Source: Marsupella aquatica (taxonomy: Eukaryota; Plantae; Marchantiophyta). Taken from it: a stretch of DNA of 64,000 nucleotides. Below, piece by piece: positions 35,891 to 47,160 of this stretch. The notes beneath the pieces were generated by a model. The model was not told the DNA's origin. It worked only from the letters and a program-made list of their open reading frames with translations, and did not search any database. The stretch lies in NCBI GenBank assembly GCA_973895155.1, contig OZ316893.1, positions 2,500,430-2,564,429 of the forward strand, written 5' to 3'. Every line of letters starts with the position of its first letter. Position 1 is the first letter of the stretch. The translations under genes were made by a program, and so were the position numbers.

Positions 35891-37513
35891 ATGAGCGAGA
35901 AATTGAGCAGCCCGATGCTCATGGGCGGGGTGGAAGTTCCCGCTGGAGGGAATAACAAAAAAGGGGCGGGGGCAGACCATTTTGGCTACGCTCAGGTGCA
36001 GCCCACTTGGTTCGATGTGAGAGTGTTCTACGTAGGGGTGACAAATTGCCCTCTGGACGACACTCCGGATTACCTGACTATGCGGTACCCTCCCCGAGAC
36101 ATCTGCACGGCTCTGGAGGTGAATGGGGGGCGGATTTCCCCATCGGAAGAACTCAAATTGAATCTTCGCAGGGACCGCTTGGACACGGAATCTTTGGAGG
36201 TTACTTATGTGAGCACTGACAATTTTCGAGCCAACGGAACGGTCTCCTTCGAAGTCTACGACAAGGAGGTGGTGCTTCTTTCTGGAAATTTCCAGCGATC
36301 GGCTCCTTCTCCCACATATGACTATCAAAAAGATGTCACCGATGAGAAGAAGTTCGCCTTGAGTGGTACCACTCTAGTGAAAGCAGCCAAAGCAGTGGGC
36401 TGGAAGATGGATTTGACATGTGTTGTGACATCATCGGCGTGCGCGTTTTTAAAGGGAAGGCAGGAGTTCTCGGCCGCTAGTCTAATTGCTCCCCCAACGA
36501 TGGAGGTCACCGTGGTAGGCCGCCACGCAGGATCGCCTGTCACCCTGTCGGAGATAGTGCAGTTGACTGTTCGGAGGAAATTGAAGCGGAAGCACACCCT
36601 ACATGCAATCGTCGAAGGCGATGAAGGAGAAAACTTCCCGGGTGACCTTTTGCTCGCTGGGCAACCTGAGCAGGTATGAACTGGCTCCTGCTCCTCACAT
36701 ATCACATGCCAAACAGAGTTCGCGGAGCCCCCTTAGAATGAAAGTGGTCAGGGGTTCTTGGTCTCTTCGTGTACTACAGAGCTTAGTGTCCCTCGGGTGT
36801 CCCTCCTACCAACTGGTGGGTGTAGAGAGGATGCACTACCTTTTGCTTTAACAATAATTTGTTTCGCTACCAGAAAATGAATCATAGAGATGGGAGATCA
36901 AATACTCTCAGGTGGCTACGGGTAGAGGCCTGACCATATAAGACGCTCATTCGTTAATTCGTTCCATCTCCTTTCCTTATCCGAGAGCCCACTTGCATGC
37001 ATGGCTACAAGGTAATAGAAATCCATTACTGTCAAAGCTGCATCAGTATGGCAATAGCTGAACAGTATGGATTGTCGATCGGGATCATTGGCGGTGTGGT
37101 GAATCCCATATGCTGAAACACGTTGTCTCTCAGACTCTCGAGAAACCATCTTCGTGCTACCTCCTTTAAGTTTTGGTCGGCGTTTTAATGAGAGTTTGTC
37201 GGTTTGGATCTCTTCGCTGAACAGCTCTCTGTTATCGCTGCCCCTGGCTTACATTCCGAGTTTCTGTGCTTGTAAACAGGTAACAAGCGAGCTTGGTGAC
37301 TATGCTGAGATGAAACTGGGGACCTATGGATCAGATGGCGGCTTAAACGTTTATGGTGAAGGCGAAGACGGGGAGCTGTCATGGTTTAATGCAGGTGTCA
37401 GGGTCGGAGTTGGGCTTGGTCTGGGCATGTGCCTGGGAGTCGGTATCGGCGTGGGTTTACTCATGCGAACGTATCAAGCAACTACCCGAACTTTCAGACG
37501 GAGTATGTTTTAG
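35891..37513 (+). CDS. At1g01500-like conserved plant protein with C-terminal Gly-rich transmembrane segment, 2 exons, 338 aa
   Basis: Exons 35891-36673 and 37280-37513 are joined by a phase-0 GT-AG intron. Family motifs include WFDVRVFYV, LEVNGGRI, LRRDRLD, TYVSTD, MEVTVVG and GELSWFNAGVRVGVGLGLGMCLGVGIGVGLLMRTYQ. Confidence 0.93.
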
Positions 37514-40500
37514 AGCCCTTCAAGATATTATTCAAGCCGACCACCAAGCATTTGAGTAACTTTCCTATAGTGCAACCAAGCGAAAGAATTGAGCTATGCA
37601 GCGAAGCCAAAAATGTAGTGGCCATTTCTCTCTGCAGCCAAGCCAGAAATTTGACTGACTTCCACCTATGCAATTAATATATCAGCTTTTGGCAGCATTT
37701 GGACAATTATAGTGTCTTCAGCGTTGCATGAGTGCTTCAAGGTGTTCAGAGGTGGAGGTACGGAATGCGAAGTTATGTAAACGGAGCTGGCAGAACCTGC
37801 AGGGGATACTTGGGCCTGAGTGGTCGGGAAAGGTGATGTCCATATCTTCCAGAAAAGCTCTGGAGAGATCGATGAGGAATTAGGCGACGGTCTCGGGGTT
37901 TGCAGAAGAAATCGAGACGCGGGTGCAGGACAACTTTGGCCCAGGTGATTCGGACTGAGCACTTTGCACGAGTGGGAAAAGTCCTTGGTGGACTTTGTAA
38001 AGTTTGTAAATTTTGGAACTGGAGGAGTGGTGCTCAAACATATATTCTGAAATCTTAGCCAACCATACGTTTCACTGTTCAAGCTTTACTAAGTATCATG
38101 TAAAGTGTAGAACTGGAAGCTCTGGTGTCATTGGCAGGACGTCGAGAGTACCGGACTGGCCAGTCCCTATTAGGTGGCCATAAGATAAGAAACCGGGGTG
38201 CAGTAAGCAATTTGCCAGTCACCCCTTCGTTTGTGTTTACTATTTACATTATTTGTTATTTCCTCGTCATGGACATTGTTCATATCCATCCTCGGTTAAG
38301 GACGGTTGTTTAGGCTAGTGCAGGCTTTGGTCTCCTAGATACTGATCTGATGCCTTGGAAAATTTTGCACGATTTTATCCTCAAGAGTTTGAGTTTAGTA
38401 TGAAATTGGAGTTGGTAGTTCGAGTCTGTAAGAAGTTTTGCTAGTCTCTCTTCCCCTCCCCGGACCGATGCTGAGGACCGAGTAATAATACGGGCTTTGA
38501 AAGAGCTTTCTGGTTATCTCAAGCGTTTCCAATCTTTTTGCCTACCATCGAGTGCCAAAGGCTGTCGGTTTAGTCAGTTTCAAGAGTGAAGTTTGCAGTT
38601 GTGCCGTCTCCATCCCATAAATCACATCCTGTATTCCTTCTTCAGGACGGGGACGAGGCTCGTCAGAATGTCCAAAACCAGGTTGGGCCCATTTCAGTCA
38701 GGGATCCTGTCATTGGAGGAAGACCTGCTTAATCTGGTTTACACCAATATCCTTGGACCATGGACAAGGGATGGCAACATTTGTCATTTGCCTTGGATTG
38801 GACCACTCCTTTCTTCGTACTGCAGAGTTCCCAAGATTAGTCTAGAAATGCTTCGGGCTACTCAGATGTGGCCATTTGTAGATCTTGTGCAGTAATAAAT
38901 CGAATCATATTCAGCAATAATCACCTATCTTCTGTTCGAAGTAGACAAAAGGGAATGAGTCCTTTCGTGATTGAGTTGTGAAGCCAATTGATGATTTCAA
39001 TATGAATCACTTCTAATGAGAAAATCTAGTGGACACCCCCAATTCTGATCATGTTGTCGTTCAGTTTCTCGTTTTATCTCAACATTGGAGGCCCTGGTGT
39101 TCTGTGAAAGAAATCATTACAGTTTTACAACGACCTTCGATGTGCACGGTCAATATGAGCTTCTGCTGATGTGAAGAATTAGGTGTGATGCAATTGTGAT
39201 GGAAGTGTGACTGTGTCGGCATATTGCCATCCTTCTGTTTTTGATCACAGACGTGTTTGGGATCTAGGGAATGGGAATGAGTTAGCGAACCCTTATTAAC
39301 GGTTGATGATTGGACGATCATTCTGTTGAGGGAGGCTTTTGCCATGCGTTTGCGTACAAATCCAGTCCTCGAAAGTCAGGGAAGGTCGCCCTAGGGGTCC
39401 ACGTTCCCCAGCAACGATGCAAATCAAAGTAACATGTACAAGAGAGTAGTAAAGTACTCTTTAAGGGGTTCATTCAGCAGCGGATAGATTTGAGCATTGA
39501 ATCGCTCACAACCTATAAGTTGAGAAGCCTCAACCTTGCTACGACCTGTCGAGGTGATTCATCTCGACTCGACTCCCTTTGATGAATGGTCCCACCATGA
39601 AGTCACTGGTAAGGCTTGCTTGCAGGGCTAAACCCACTGGTCCACGAGCAGAATACTAACATCGCGTCCCTCCCGATCAATTTTTGCAGTGCACATTGTA
39701 GTGCACCCTAAATTTGCATCCAAGGTTTTATTTTAAGCCACCCAAACTGGAGATAAACGGCTGCATGCCGTCCATATCAGCGGACGAGTCACGGAGTCAT
39801 GCTCGTAAAATGATCGGAACAAACTAGTAGTGACAGTGTACCTGTTCAGGAGAACAATAGCATGACAGGCATTATTATCAGGCGTAAAGCCCTCGACATA
39901 TGCTGAAATGAGTTCCGTCTTGTGATCCGAATCAGTGATCCAAACTCAATCCCATTCCCTATGCTGATTTCGCTATAATTGCATTTGCACCCTCATCCTT
40001 ACAACTATGAAACTGAATGAAGCATCTTTCAATTGCTTGTCTGCTCGAGCACCATCTCAGCCACTTCCAAAGAGGTTATCAGGAGTGCTCAACCTCCAGG
40101 CAGAGGGGTATCAAAGACACCAGAAGGCACTTGATTCTCTTAATGAGACATAAAGTTTCACAAGTGGAAACCACTCACAACCTTCAAGAATTTGTATACT
40201 TGTTTCAGCTGGCATTCCAAAGCGAAAAAGGCCTACTGCGCCTACTGGGCCATTTCTGTGGGCACCAACAATGATATTTCTGCCCTGCCAAATTGGATCA
40301 AGGGCTCGATGCAGCACATATCAAGTCGTCTGTTTCAACTCTAGTTGGAGGCTTAGATGGTGGGGCACAGGTGCAAGCACAATGTAGTGGACTCTCCAGG
40401 CATGGGTGACAAATTTCCTGCACATAATTCCCTGGTGGCAGCCTCACATTCATTTGCCAAACCAAGTGGATGCTCTCTAAATCCCAATGAATTTGTTACA

Positions 40501-41848
40501 TGGAGTTGAGGTTCTCATCTAGTGTTGATTAATTGCCCTAGGCCATTAGCTTATGTCCATTTGAAAAAAGGGTATTGACACTGCAGGGGTAATTTATATT
40601 GATTTTGAACTAATTATGACTTCTTATCGGTAACCAGAAAATGTATTAGGGGGAAAGAGAAATAACAAGGGAAAGCATATTTTTCACAAGTAGGTTACAT
40701 TAGTTTACAGATAGTGAGGACCCAATTTTTTAGTTCCAAACTTTTCAGTGCAAACCTACGTACTAAAGGAGACACTGAGTCAATTCAGGAGCAAATACCT
40801 GCCCGCGAAGAGGGCATGGGGAGGCATAGCATTTGGACTGCCTGAGCTTATCAAATTTTCATTACTCCAAATGGAAGGAAGAAATTTGGGCAGTCTGGAA
40901 GCAGATCAGTAGCAAAGAATTCACGGTCCTCAATCACGGGCTGCAATGATCATAATGAGAGTTGGCCTTGTACAAGACTGGAGACATTTACTTGATGAAA
41001 CCAGTGTTACTTGATGGACCCCATGACTGACCCAAACTTACCCCAAATCTCATGGGTTGGTTGGGGGGAAACTTTCATTGGTTTGGGGGTCCATCACATT
41101 AATGTTTCTACAAGACTGATCCGACGGATCCAATGGTTACACAACGATTTCAAATTCTGTCCAAAACTGGCATGACTGTTGGTCTTTTGATCCTGCGTTT
41201 AGTGCATGGTTTAGCACTTTACAGGAAGGTTGATTGGTTCAATTTGAGCCTCTTTAAAGTGGTCACATCATCTCAATGATCAGACATCAAAGCGTAGAAA
41301 ATGTGTTTCAGATCAGAGATTATCAAGGCAGAGCATTAGAGGTTTGTTCACGTTGGCCCAAGGATGGATGCTAGCTATATAATGGCAAGTGCATTAATAC
41401 CGCACAAGTAATTCAAACTAGCCATTGACGTTTGCTACTCTAGTAACTACAAGATCAGACAGAAAATGACTGCTCCAGATGTATTTTGCAGTCAGTGGCA
41501 AAATATTCACCACCCAGTGATTTTTTCTCCAGTGACTCTAGATGTGTCTAGAGCGTCACTTTGCTAGAAAATGAGTTAAATAGTTTGTGACCAACAAAAG
41601 GCAATTTGCGGCCAACCAAATTAATGACTTCATTTGGCTGCTTACGGTTGTCTTACGAGGTGGGCGTGCTATTTCTAGCTCGACCGTTCATATTTGGGCC
41701 CTTTATATATCCTCTTGGTCCACCTTGGAAGTCTGCACTAGTTCCCCTAGGCTGTGAAACAATTGCGTCAACTTATAGAAACATGGTATGCAACAAATGA
41801 ATATTTAAAACAAGAAATGATTTCTTTCTTCAGAATCCCGATAAAAAA

Positions 41849-42060
41849 GTTCTCTTTCCTTTCATTGCAAATTTGCCACGTGATAATTTAGATAAAGAAT
41901 TCCAATAATTTTTAATTCCCCTATTCGCTTTCCTTTCATTACAAATTTGCCACGCGATAGTGTTTAGATCAAGACTTCCAAGAAATTTTAATTTCCCTAT
42001 TCTCTTTCCTTTCATTACAAATTTGCCACGCGATAGTTTAGATCAAGACTTTCAAGAATG
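41849..42060. repeat. ~70-80-bp tandem repeat x3
   Basis: TTTCCTTTCATT.CAAATTTGCCACG.GATA...TTTAGAT..AGA.TT..AA occurs three times. Confidence 0.85.
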
Positions 42061-42384
42061 TTTCATTAGTATGCAATTGTCAGGGCTGGCTCGAGCTCAT
42101 TTGCAGCAAAACAATCTTGTATCATTCTGCGTCGCGACTTGGCTGGGGTGGCACCGTGGGAGCCTCGCGTCTCCTTCTCGGGACCCACACACGAACGCCT
42201 CGTCTAGTGCGTGGGCTGTCTTAATTTTCTGCTGTATTTTTGTGACTATGAAACTCTTGTCTTCGATCTGTGTACGTCCGCCCTTTAAAATACAAGAGAG
42301 CAAACTGAGATCGAGAAGAAGAAGTGGGCGAAGAAGAGGAAGGCACGGTAAGGACCACACACCAAGGCCTCCTTTACCTTACTG

Positions 42385-42469
42385 GGAGCAAGAAGATCCC
42401 TTTGGTTGGGTGGGCCACTTTGTCTAGACTTAAGGTGGAGGGCGGATTGGGATTTAAATATTTCTGTAG
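42385..42469 (+). pseudogene. Small fragment of an L1-type LINE reverse-transcriptase ORF
   Basis: Translates as KKIPLVGWATLSRLKVEGGLGF, matching the LVxW...K.EGGLG motif of plant L1 ORF2. It stops at the T-run marking the 3' end of the RLE element. Confidence 0.6.
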
Positions 42470-45400
42470 TTTTTTGATGCTTTACTATGTTGGTGATTCA
42501 CCAGGGCACTTGGCCTGTCTACTGTATTCTGGTGAATCCTGAAAGTTAATTGTGTGCTTTGGAGAATATACACATACTTTATACAGAAAAAGGCCAAATA
42601 GAGTACAAAAGAATAAACAAGAGAGGTCCCAAGTGGACAAAACCAAACGCAAAAGAAGTGAGCAAAAGGAAACCCTAAAAACCAAGAAAGAGGAACTAAA
42701 AGAAGTGAGCAAAAGGAAACCCTTAAAAACCAAGAAAGAGTAACTAAAACTACCGCAAATGGACCGAGGTCCTCATCATACCTAGCAAATGTGGCTACAA
42801 GCTAGTGGTCTACATCAAGTGTCGAAACTAGATCGGCAAGTGGGACAGGAATGTCCTCTAGGGGGGCTAGCCGCTGCGGAGTCACACTAGCACCCACTGT
42901 CAGAGATCGACGATAGACGGCCCGAGCTTGAGCACGCTGTAAGGTGACTGAAATGCGTTGGCGAAAGTGCGTGGTCAAAATAGATAGCGGGGGCCCGGTG
43001 GGACCCATCCGGCCGTGAACATCCCGAGCAGCTTGGCGAAGAAGCCCGTCGAACTGATGATGGAGACGCCCAAATATCTCAAGAGCAAGGGGCAGGAAGC
43101 TATCAGATGAAGCTCGTGCAGCATATTTGGCCTCCTTCGTTTGTGCTGCTCGTGATGTTGCTGCCCCTGCCGTTGTTGCCGCTGTCCCAATGATGTCTTG
43201 GCGCAATGGGTTTGCCACCACTACATCTGCCAAAGTACGGTGACCGTCACGGACCATGGTAAGATCCACCCGTAACCGCTGTGATGGAGGACCAGGTAAC
43301 TCGAGCACCACCTCCCGCCGTGCACAGACCAAAGAGCCAGAGAGAACCTGAGCAGTCGCATCTCTCACAGCGTCGTGAACAAAAATGGTTTCGCCGCCCA
43401 AACTGCATCGAAGAAGATGGACACCTGTGGCATCACAAGGCTTCCCACAAGTGCAAGTAGGAGGTAAACCAACAAGAAGTGGGTGGGGCAAGCCCATACG
43501 AAGACGCATGGCTGTCGCAAACTCCGCTGAAGACATCCGCAGGTGAGGAATGACTGGATTGGCCTGAAGCCAGCCTCCTGCGCCCTTCCCTCCGGAAGAA
43601 AGAATCCGAGCTCGGTCCGTGTCAGGTGCCTCGGTGAGGATGCTGGAGAGGGTGAAAGCGTGCATACGCCCAGCAAGGTCTGCCTGAAGACGGACGGGGT
43701 CCAAGGATAAAAACTCCTGGAATGAAGGTAACGCAGCTCGAACAGGATCGGGTAATGATGACCGAGCCGTGCGCAAATGAACCTGAAATGGGAGGGAACC
43801 CTCCTCGACCTCCATGAGAGATGAAAGTAAAAAAGGTCGATCCTCAGTAAGGAAACGATCTGCCAACAATGAGAAGGCGGCCGCCCACGCGCCCAAGAAG
43901 GCCAAAGGTGCAAGGCGCTCAGTGGAAGTAAGCCCAAAACCACCGTGAGAAATAGGAAGACTGAGCTGTCGATGAAGCCACGGAGATGAGAGTAAAGTAC
44001 CTGGCCCTAAAAGAGAGGCCAAAGTCTCACGAATGGAGACATCAAACGCTCGGAGGTGTAGAGAAAGATCCTCGGTAGGGGGATGTGTCCGAGCCAAATA
44101 GGACGCACGAGGGTGGATGCATCTCAATAACAACCCAAATGCTGCCTGAGAGTCTGCTAACTTAGGGAGCATAGGAGTAGGGGCTAAGGCAGCCTGGAGA
44201 GCATCAGCAATGAAAGATGAGCAAAAGGAGGCGGTACCGACTGGGGAGCCAAGGACCCGAAGACTGTCGGCAGGACGTAAGAACCCAGGGGGAAGCGCAA
44301 GATCAGAGGGTAACCCAGCTGGACTCCATGCACGACTCTTCACCGGCTGTACTCGTAAATCGAGGCCCAACAAATGGGTGGAAAGGGTGGCGAGGGCAGA
44401 AGTAACAACAAAAGGTGGACCAATGATGTGGGTGTCATCTGAAAGGGAGGGGAAGATACACTGGGGGTGGGCCACGGAGGCTTCTCGTAAAGCAGTAAAA
44501 TGGGCAATGGCAAAAAGAGGCCCACCCAAAGGGTCACCCTGACGTGTACCTTCTGCAGAAGAAAGAGTGGTATACACTCCTGTAGAGGTGTGATGACTAT
44601 AGAAGAGGGGGGCCTCACACCCATAAAAACAACGGACAAAGGGGATAAGGGACTGGATGTCTGGATCCGCTGCCCTCAAAGCACGAAAAATTGCTGCCCG
44701 AGAAACCGTATTGAAAGCATTGGAGACATCAACCTGGAGGACAACCCAATCAGGGTGGAGGTCCAAGGTAGTACGAATACCCGCAATAACTATCTCACAA
44801 CCGCCAAGAACGCCCACTGCAAACTGATGTGGAGAGAGATGATCCGATAGTGCAGAGCGATACTGCGATGAAAGTGCGCGAGACACTAGACGAAGAAAAA
44901 CCTCTCCAATAGCTATGGGCCGAACACCCGGTGAAGACTTAGCCATGGCCAATAAACGAGAAGCACTCAAAAGCCGAGAGACGGGAGGAGGCAAACGGCC
45001 GGCAGCAATACACTGGCAAAAGGAGAAGAAAACTGGAAAACCAGACTGAGGATCCTCAGGGGGGAATAAATCACGAAAATGCTCAAAGACAAAGCCAGAG
45101 GGGCCACCAGCCGCGCAACGCGGAGCATGAAGGAAAGCATAGGTGAAGTGGTCCCTACTAAACTGAAGATCCTCCTCAGGCTCAAAATCCTCCACGAACA
45201 AAGGGAGCTGATCACAGGGCTGCGGATGGAGATCCTGAAGGGCCGTCAAGGTGACCTCGCCAAGGGGGGCTGGTGTGGTGGGAGAAAGGGCCTGGACCGC
45301 ACGACGATATTCACCAGCCTGGGCCAAATGACAAGAGCGACGAAGACGTCTGTGCTCTGGAGGATGAGAGTGGCGAGCTGGGTCAGACAAAGCACGGGTA

Positions 45401-47160
45401 GTAAAGGAACGGGCTCGAAGAAAGTACTCTTCCTGAAGCTGTTCCCAATCTCCCCGCAGAAAACGATGGATACGAGAGGCAGTCTCACGATGACCCACGC
45501 GACCACCGTGACTAGGAAGGGTAAGAGTCCACTGTGGAAAAAGCATGAGTAAAGACCAATAGGAGACCTCGATAGGATGCGCCAAGATAAGCTGCATGAG
45601 TTGCAACAAGGATGACCGAACTAATGGGCGCAACGCTAGTGGGATGTGGTTATAAAGGCGAGGTCTAATGTACCTTGGATGGTAGGCTGGAAGGGGGTCT
45701 AGAGAGCGAACCCAACTCCATGCCTGCTCGGAAGCCTCCAAGGAAGGAGGGGCAGAGCTAACTGGGTCAAGAGGGGGCTGGGGCTGGGATTGGGCTTGCT
45801 GGCGACGTTGGCACCGGCCCCGCCCGCGGTGATGAGGAAGGGAGAGGCCAACCCAGCCACACTCAGGACAAGTATGCAGGGGACGCTCGTTTGGGGAGGG
45901 AGCAGGGAACGACTGGACAGGAGGTGGGGGGGGAGCCGACGTGGATGAAGAGGCCGGAGGGGGATGCTGGAGGGGTGGAGGGGGAATGGGCTGGGGAGAG
46001 GAGCCAGGGCGTCGATGGGGTGGGCAGTAGACTGGGGGGGACTGGCAGAACATCGGGCATGGGGTCATCACGAAGATGAGAGAGATCCAATGAAGAAGAG
46101 CAAACACGAAGGCGACCACGAGGCGGGGGAGAGGAGGGGGGAGAACTGTGTGGGGGGGCTGAGCGCTTGCCCCGCGCCAACACTCTCAACGTAGACATGA
46201 CAGGTCGCAACCCGATAAAAGCAAAAGCGCATCAAGAAGCGACAAAAGGCCCAACCAAGACATGTGAAAAGAAAGGGAAGGCTATGGAGAGAGCCCACCG
46301 CGTCAAAATCCGAGAAGCGGCGCCCCCGCTAGCCTAGAAAACCGTTGAGCACGTGCAGGCACAGCCGGGAACAAAGCTGGAGCTCTCGACGATGTGTCCG
46401 TTGAGGAGTCGATGCGAGTGAATATCTCTACGCTGATTTGAGCGTGCTGCTACAGCTCCCAAAGATGGTGGAATGCAAACTGGTCCACTAAACTTGGCAA
46501 AAACCACCTTGTCAGAACTGAAGAAGAAAGGCAACCACCAATCGGAGGAGAAACGTGGCAAGCCAGGAATGCTCCAAAGCTGATCAAGGGAAACTGTCAC
46601 CAAAAATGGAGGAGTAAATCAGAATCGTAATCGGAGCCGAAAGTGGTTGATATGTCACCAAAAGGACCGCGGTAGGGATAGATGTTGCACTCCCGGACAA
46701 GAGCTGGCCAAATCACATGAGAATGCCGGATTCCGTGAACGAGGAACTGCTACAAGACCCTAAAGCTAATTGAAAGTGAGAACGGTGGAAATTGAAGAAA
46801 AAACGTGAGAGCTAATCAAAGTCCAATCGGGGCAATAGGAGACCAATTGGACCGCTCTTGGGATTAATCTGATGCTCCCGGAGAAGAGCTATACAAAGCA
46901 CTTGAGAAATCTGAAATCCATGAAAGATTGACCGAAATATGACCGTCGAAAGGAAGACGAAAATCGCAGAAAAACGACTGAAAAACGGTGAAAACGAATG
47001 TGACCATAAGTATGTTGATACGACACCGTTTTGGACGTGTTTTATATCGATTTGATGCGCCTCGGCAAGAGCAAGCTAATGCAACTGAGAAAACTGGATT
47101 CCGAGAGAAACTGAGTGCGGAAGGGTAATCAAAATGGCGCGAAAACTGTGCTACAGTTTG
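42470..47160 (-). mobile_element. Apparently full-length non-LTR retrotransposon with restriction-like endonuclease (CRE-like, R2 group)
   Basis: A single RT-RLE ORF, a ~1-kb 5' region with 185-bp-spaced repeats, a pyrimidine-rich 3' UTR with a 48-bp duplication, a terminal hairpin and a short A-run (42470-42475). The 5' boundary is approximate. Confidence 0.8.
42802..46119 (-). CDS. Reverse transcriptase-restriction-like endonuclease polyprotein (~1090-1105 aa; first ATG at 46068)
   Basis: An N-terminal CPEC zinc-finger-like motif is followed by RT motifs AAGGPSG, GVRPIAIGEVFLRL, QVDVSNAFNTVSR, GTRQGDPLGGPLF, SLSDDTHI, LRVLGSPVG and LPISHGGFGL. The C-terminus has a CCHC knuckle CTC...HLLRC and RLE motifs HDAVRD, RE, RVDL, ADV, TKEAKY and PLALEIFG. 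There are no stops or frameshifts. Confidence 0.92.
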   Translation of the reverse strand: MVAFVFALLHWISLIFVMTPCPMFCQSPPVYCPPHRRPGSSPQPIPPPPLQHPPPASSSTSAPPPPPVQSFPAPSPNERPLHTCPECGWVGLSLPHHRGRGRCQRRQQAQSQPQPPLDPVSSAPPSLEASEQAWSWVRSLDPLPAYHPRYIRPRLYNHIPLALRPLVRSSLLQLMQLILAHPIEVSYWSLLMLFPQWTLTLPSHGGRVGHRETASRIHRFLRGDWEQLQEEYFLRARSFTTRALSDPARHSHPPEHRRLRRSCHLAQAGEYRRAVQALSPTTPAPLGEVTLTALQDLHPQPCDQLPLFVEDFEPEEDLQFSRDHFTYAFLHAPRCAAGGPSGFVFEHFRDLFPPEDPQSGFPVFFSFCQCIAAGRLPPPVSRLLSASRLLAMAKSSPGVRPIAIGEVFLRLVSRALSSQYRSALSDHLSPHQFAVGVLGGCEIVIAGIRTTLDLHPDWVVLQVDVSNAFNTVSRAAIFRALRAADPDIQSLIPFVRCFYGCEAPLFYSHHTSTGVYTTLSSAEGTRQGDPLGGPLFAIAHFTALREASVAHPQCIFPSLSDDTHIIGPPFVVTSALATLSTHLLGLDLRVQPVKSRAWSPAGLPSDLALPPGFLRPADSLRVLGSPVGTASFCSSFIADALQAALAPTPMLPKLADSQAAFGLLLRCIHPRASYLARTHPPTEDLSLHLRAFDVSIRETLASLLGPGTLLSSPWLHRQLSLPISHGGFGLTSTERLAPLAFLGAWAAAFSLLADRFLTEDRPFLLSSLMEVEEGSLPFQVHLRTARSSLPDPVRAALPSFQEFLSLDPVRLQADLAGRMHAFTLSSILTEAPDTDRARILSSGGKGAGGWLQANPVIPHLRMSSAEFATAMRLRMGLPHPLLVGLPPTCTCGKPCDATGVHLLRCSLGGETIFVHDAVRDATAQVLSGSLVCARREVVLELPGPPSQRLRVDLTMVRDGHRTLADVVVANPLRQDIIGTAATTAGAATSRAAQTKEAKYAARASSDSFLPLALEIFGRLHHQFDGLLRQAARDVHGRMGPTGPPLSILTTHFRQRISVTLQRAQARAVYRRSLTVGASVTPQRLAPLEDIPVPLADLVSTLDVDH

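Noticed and set aside
40017-40560. Possible decayed retroelement integrase fragment
   Set aside because: Only a weak VSTCET-like hint; no continuous motif set.
43365-45552. Overlapping alternative-frame and antisense ORFs within the RT gene
   Set aside because: Expected shadows of a GC-rich coding region, with no domain features.
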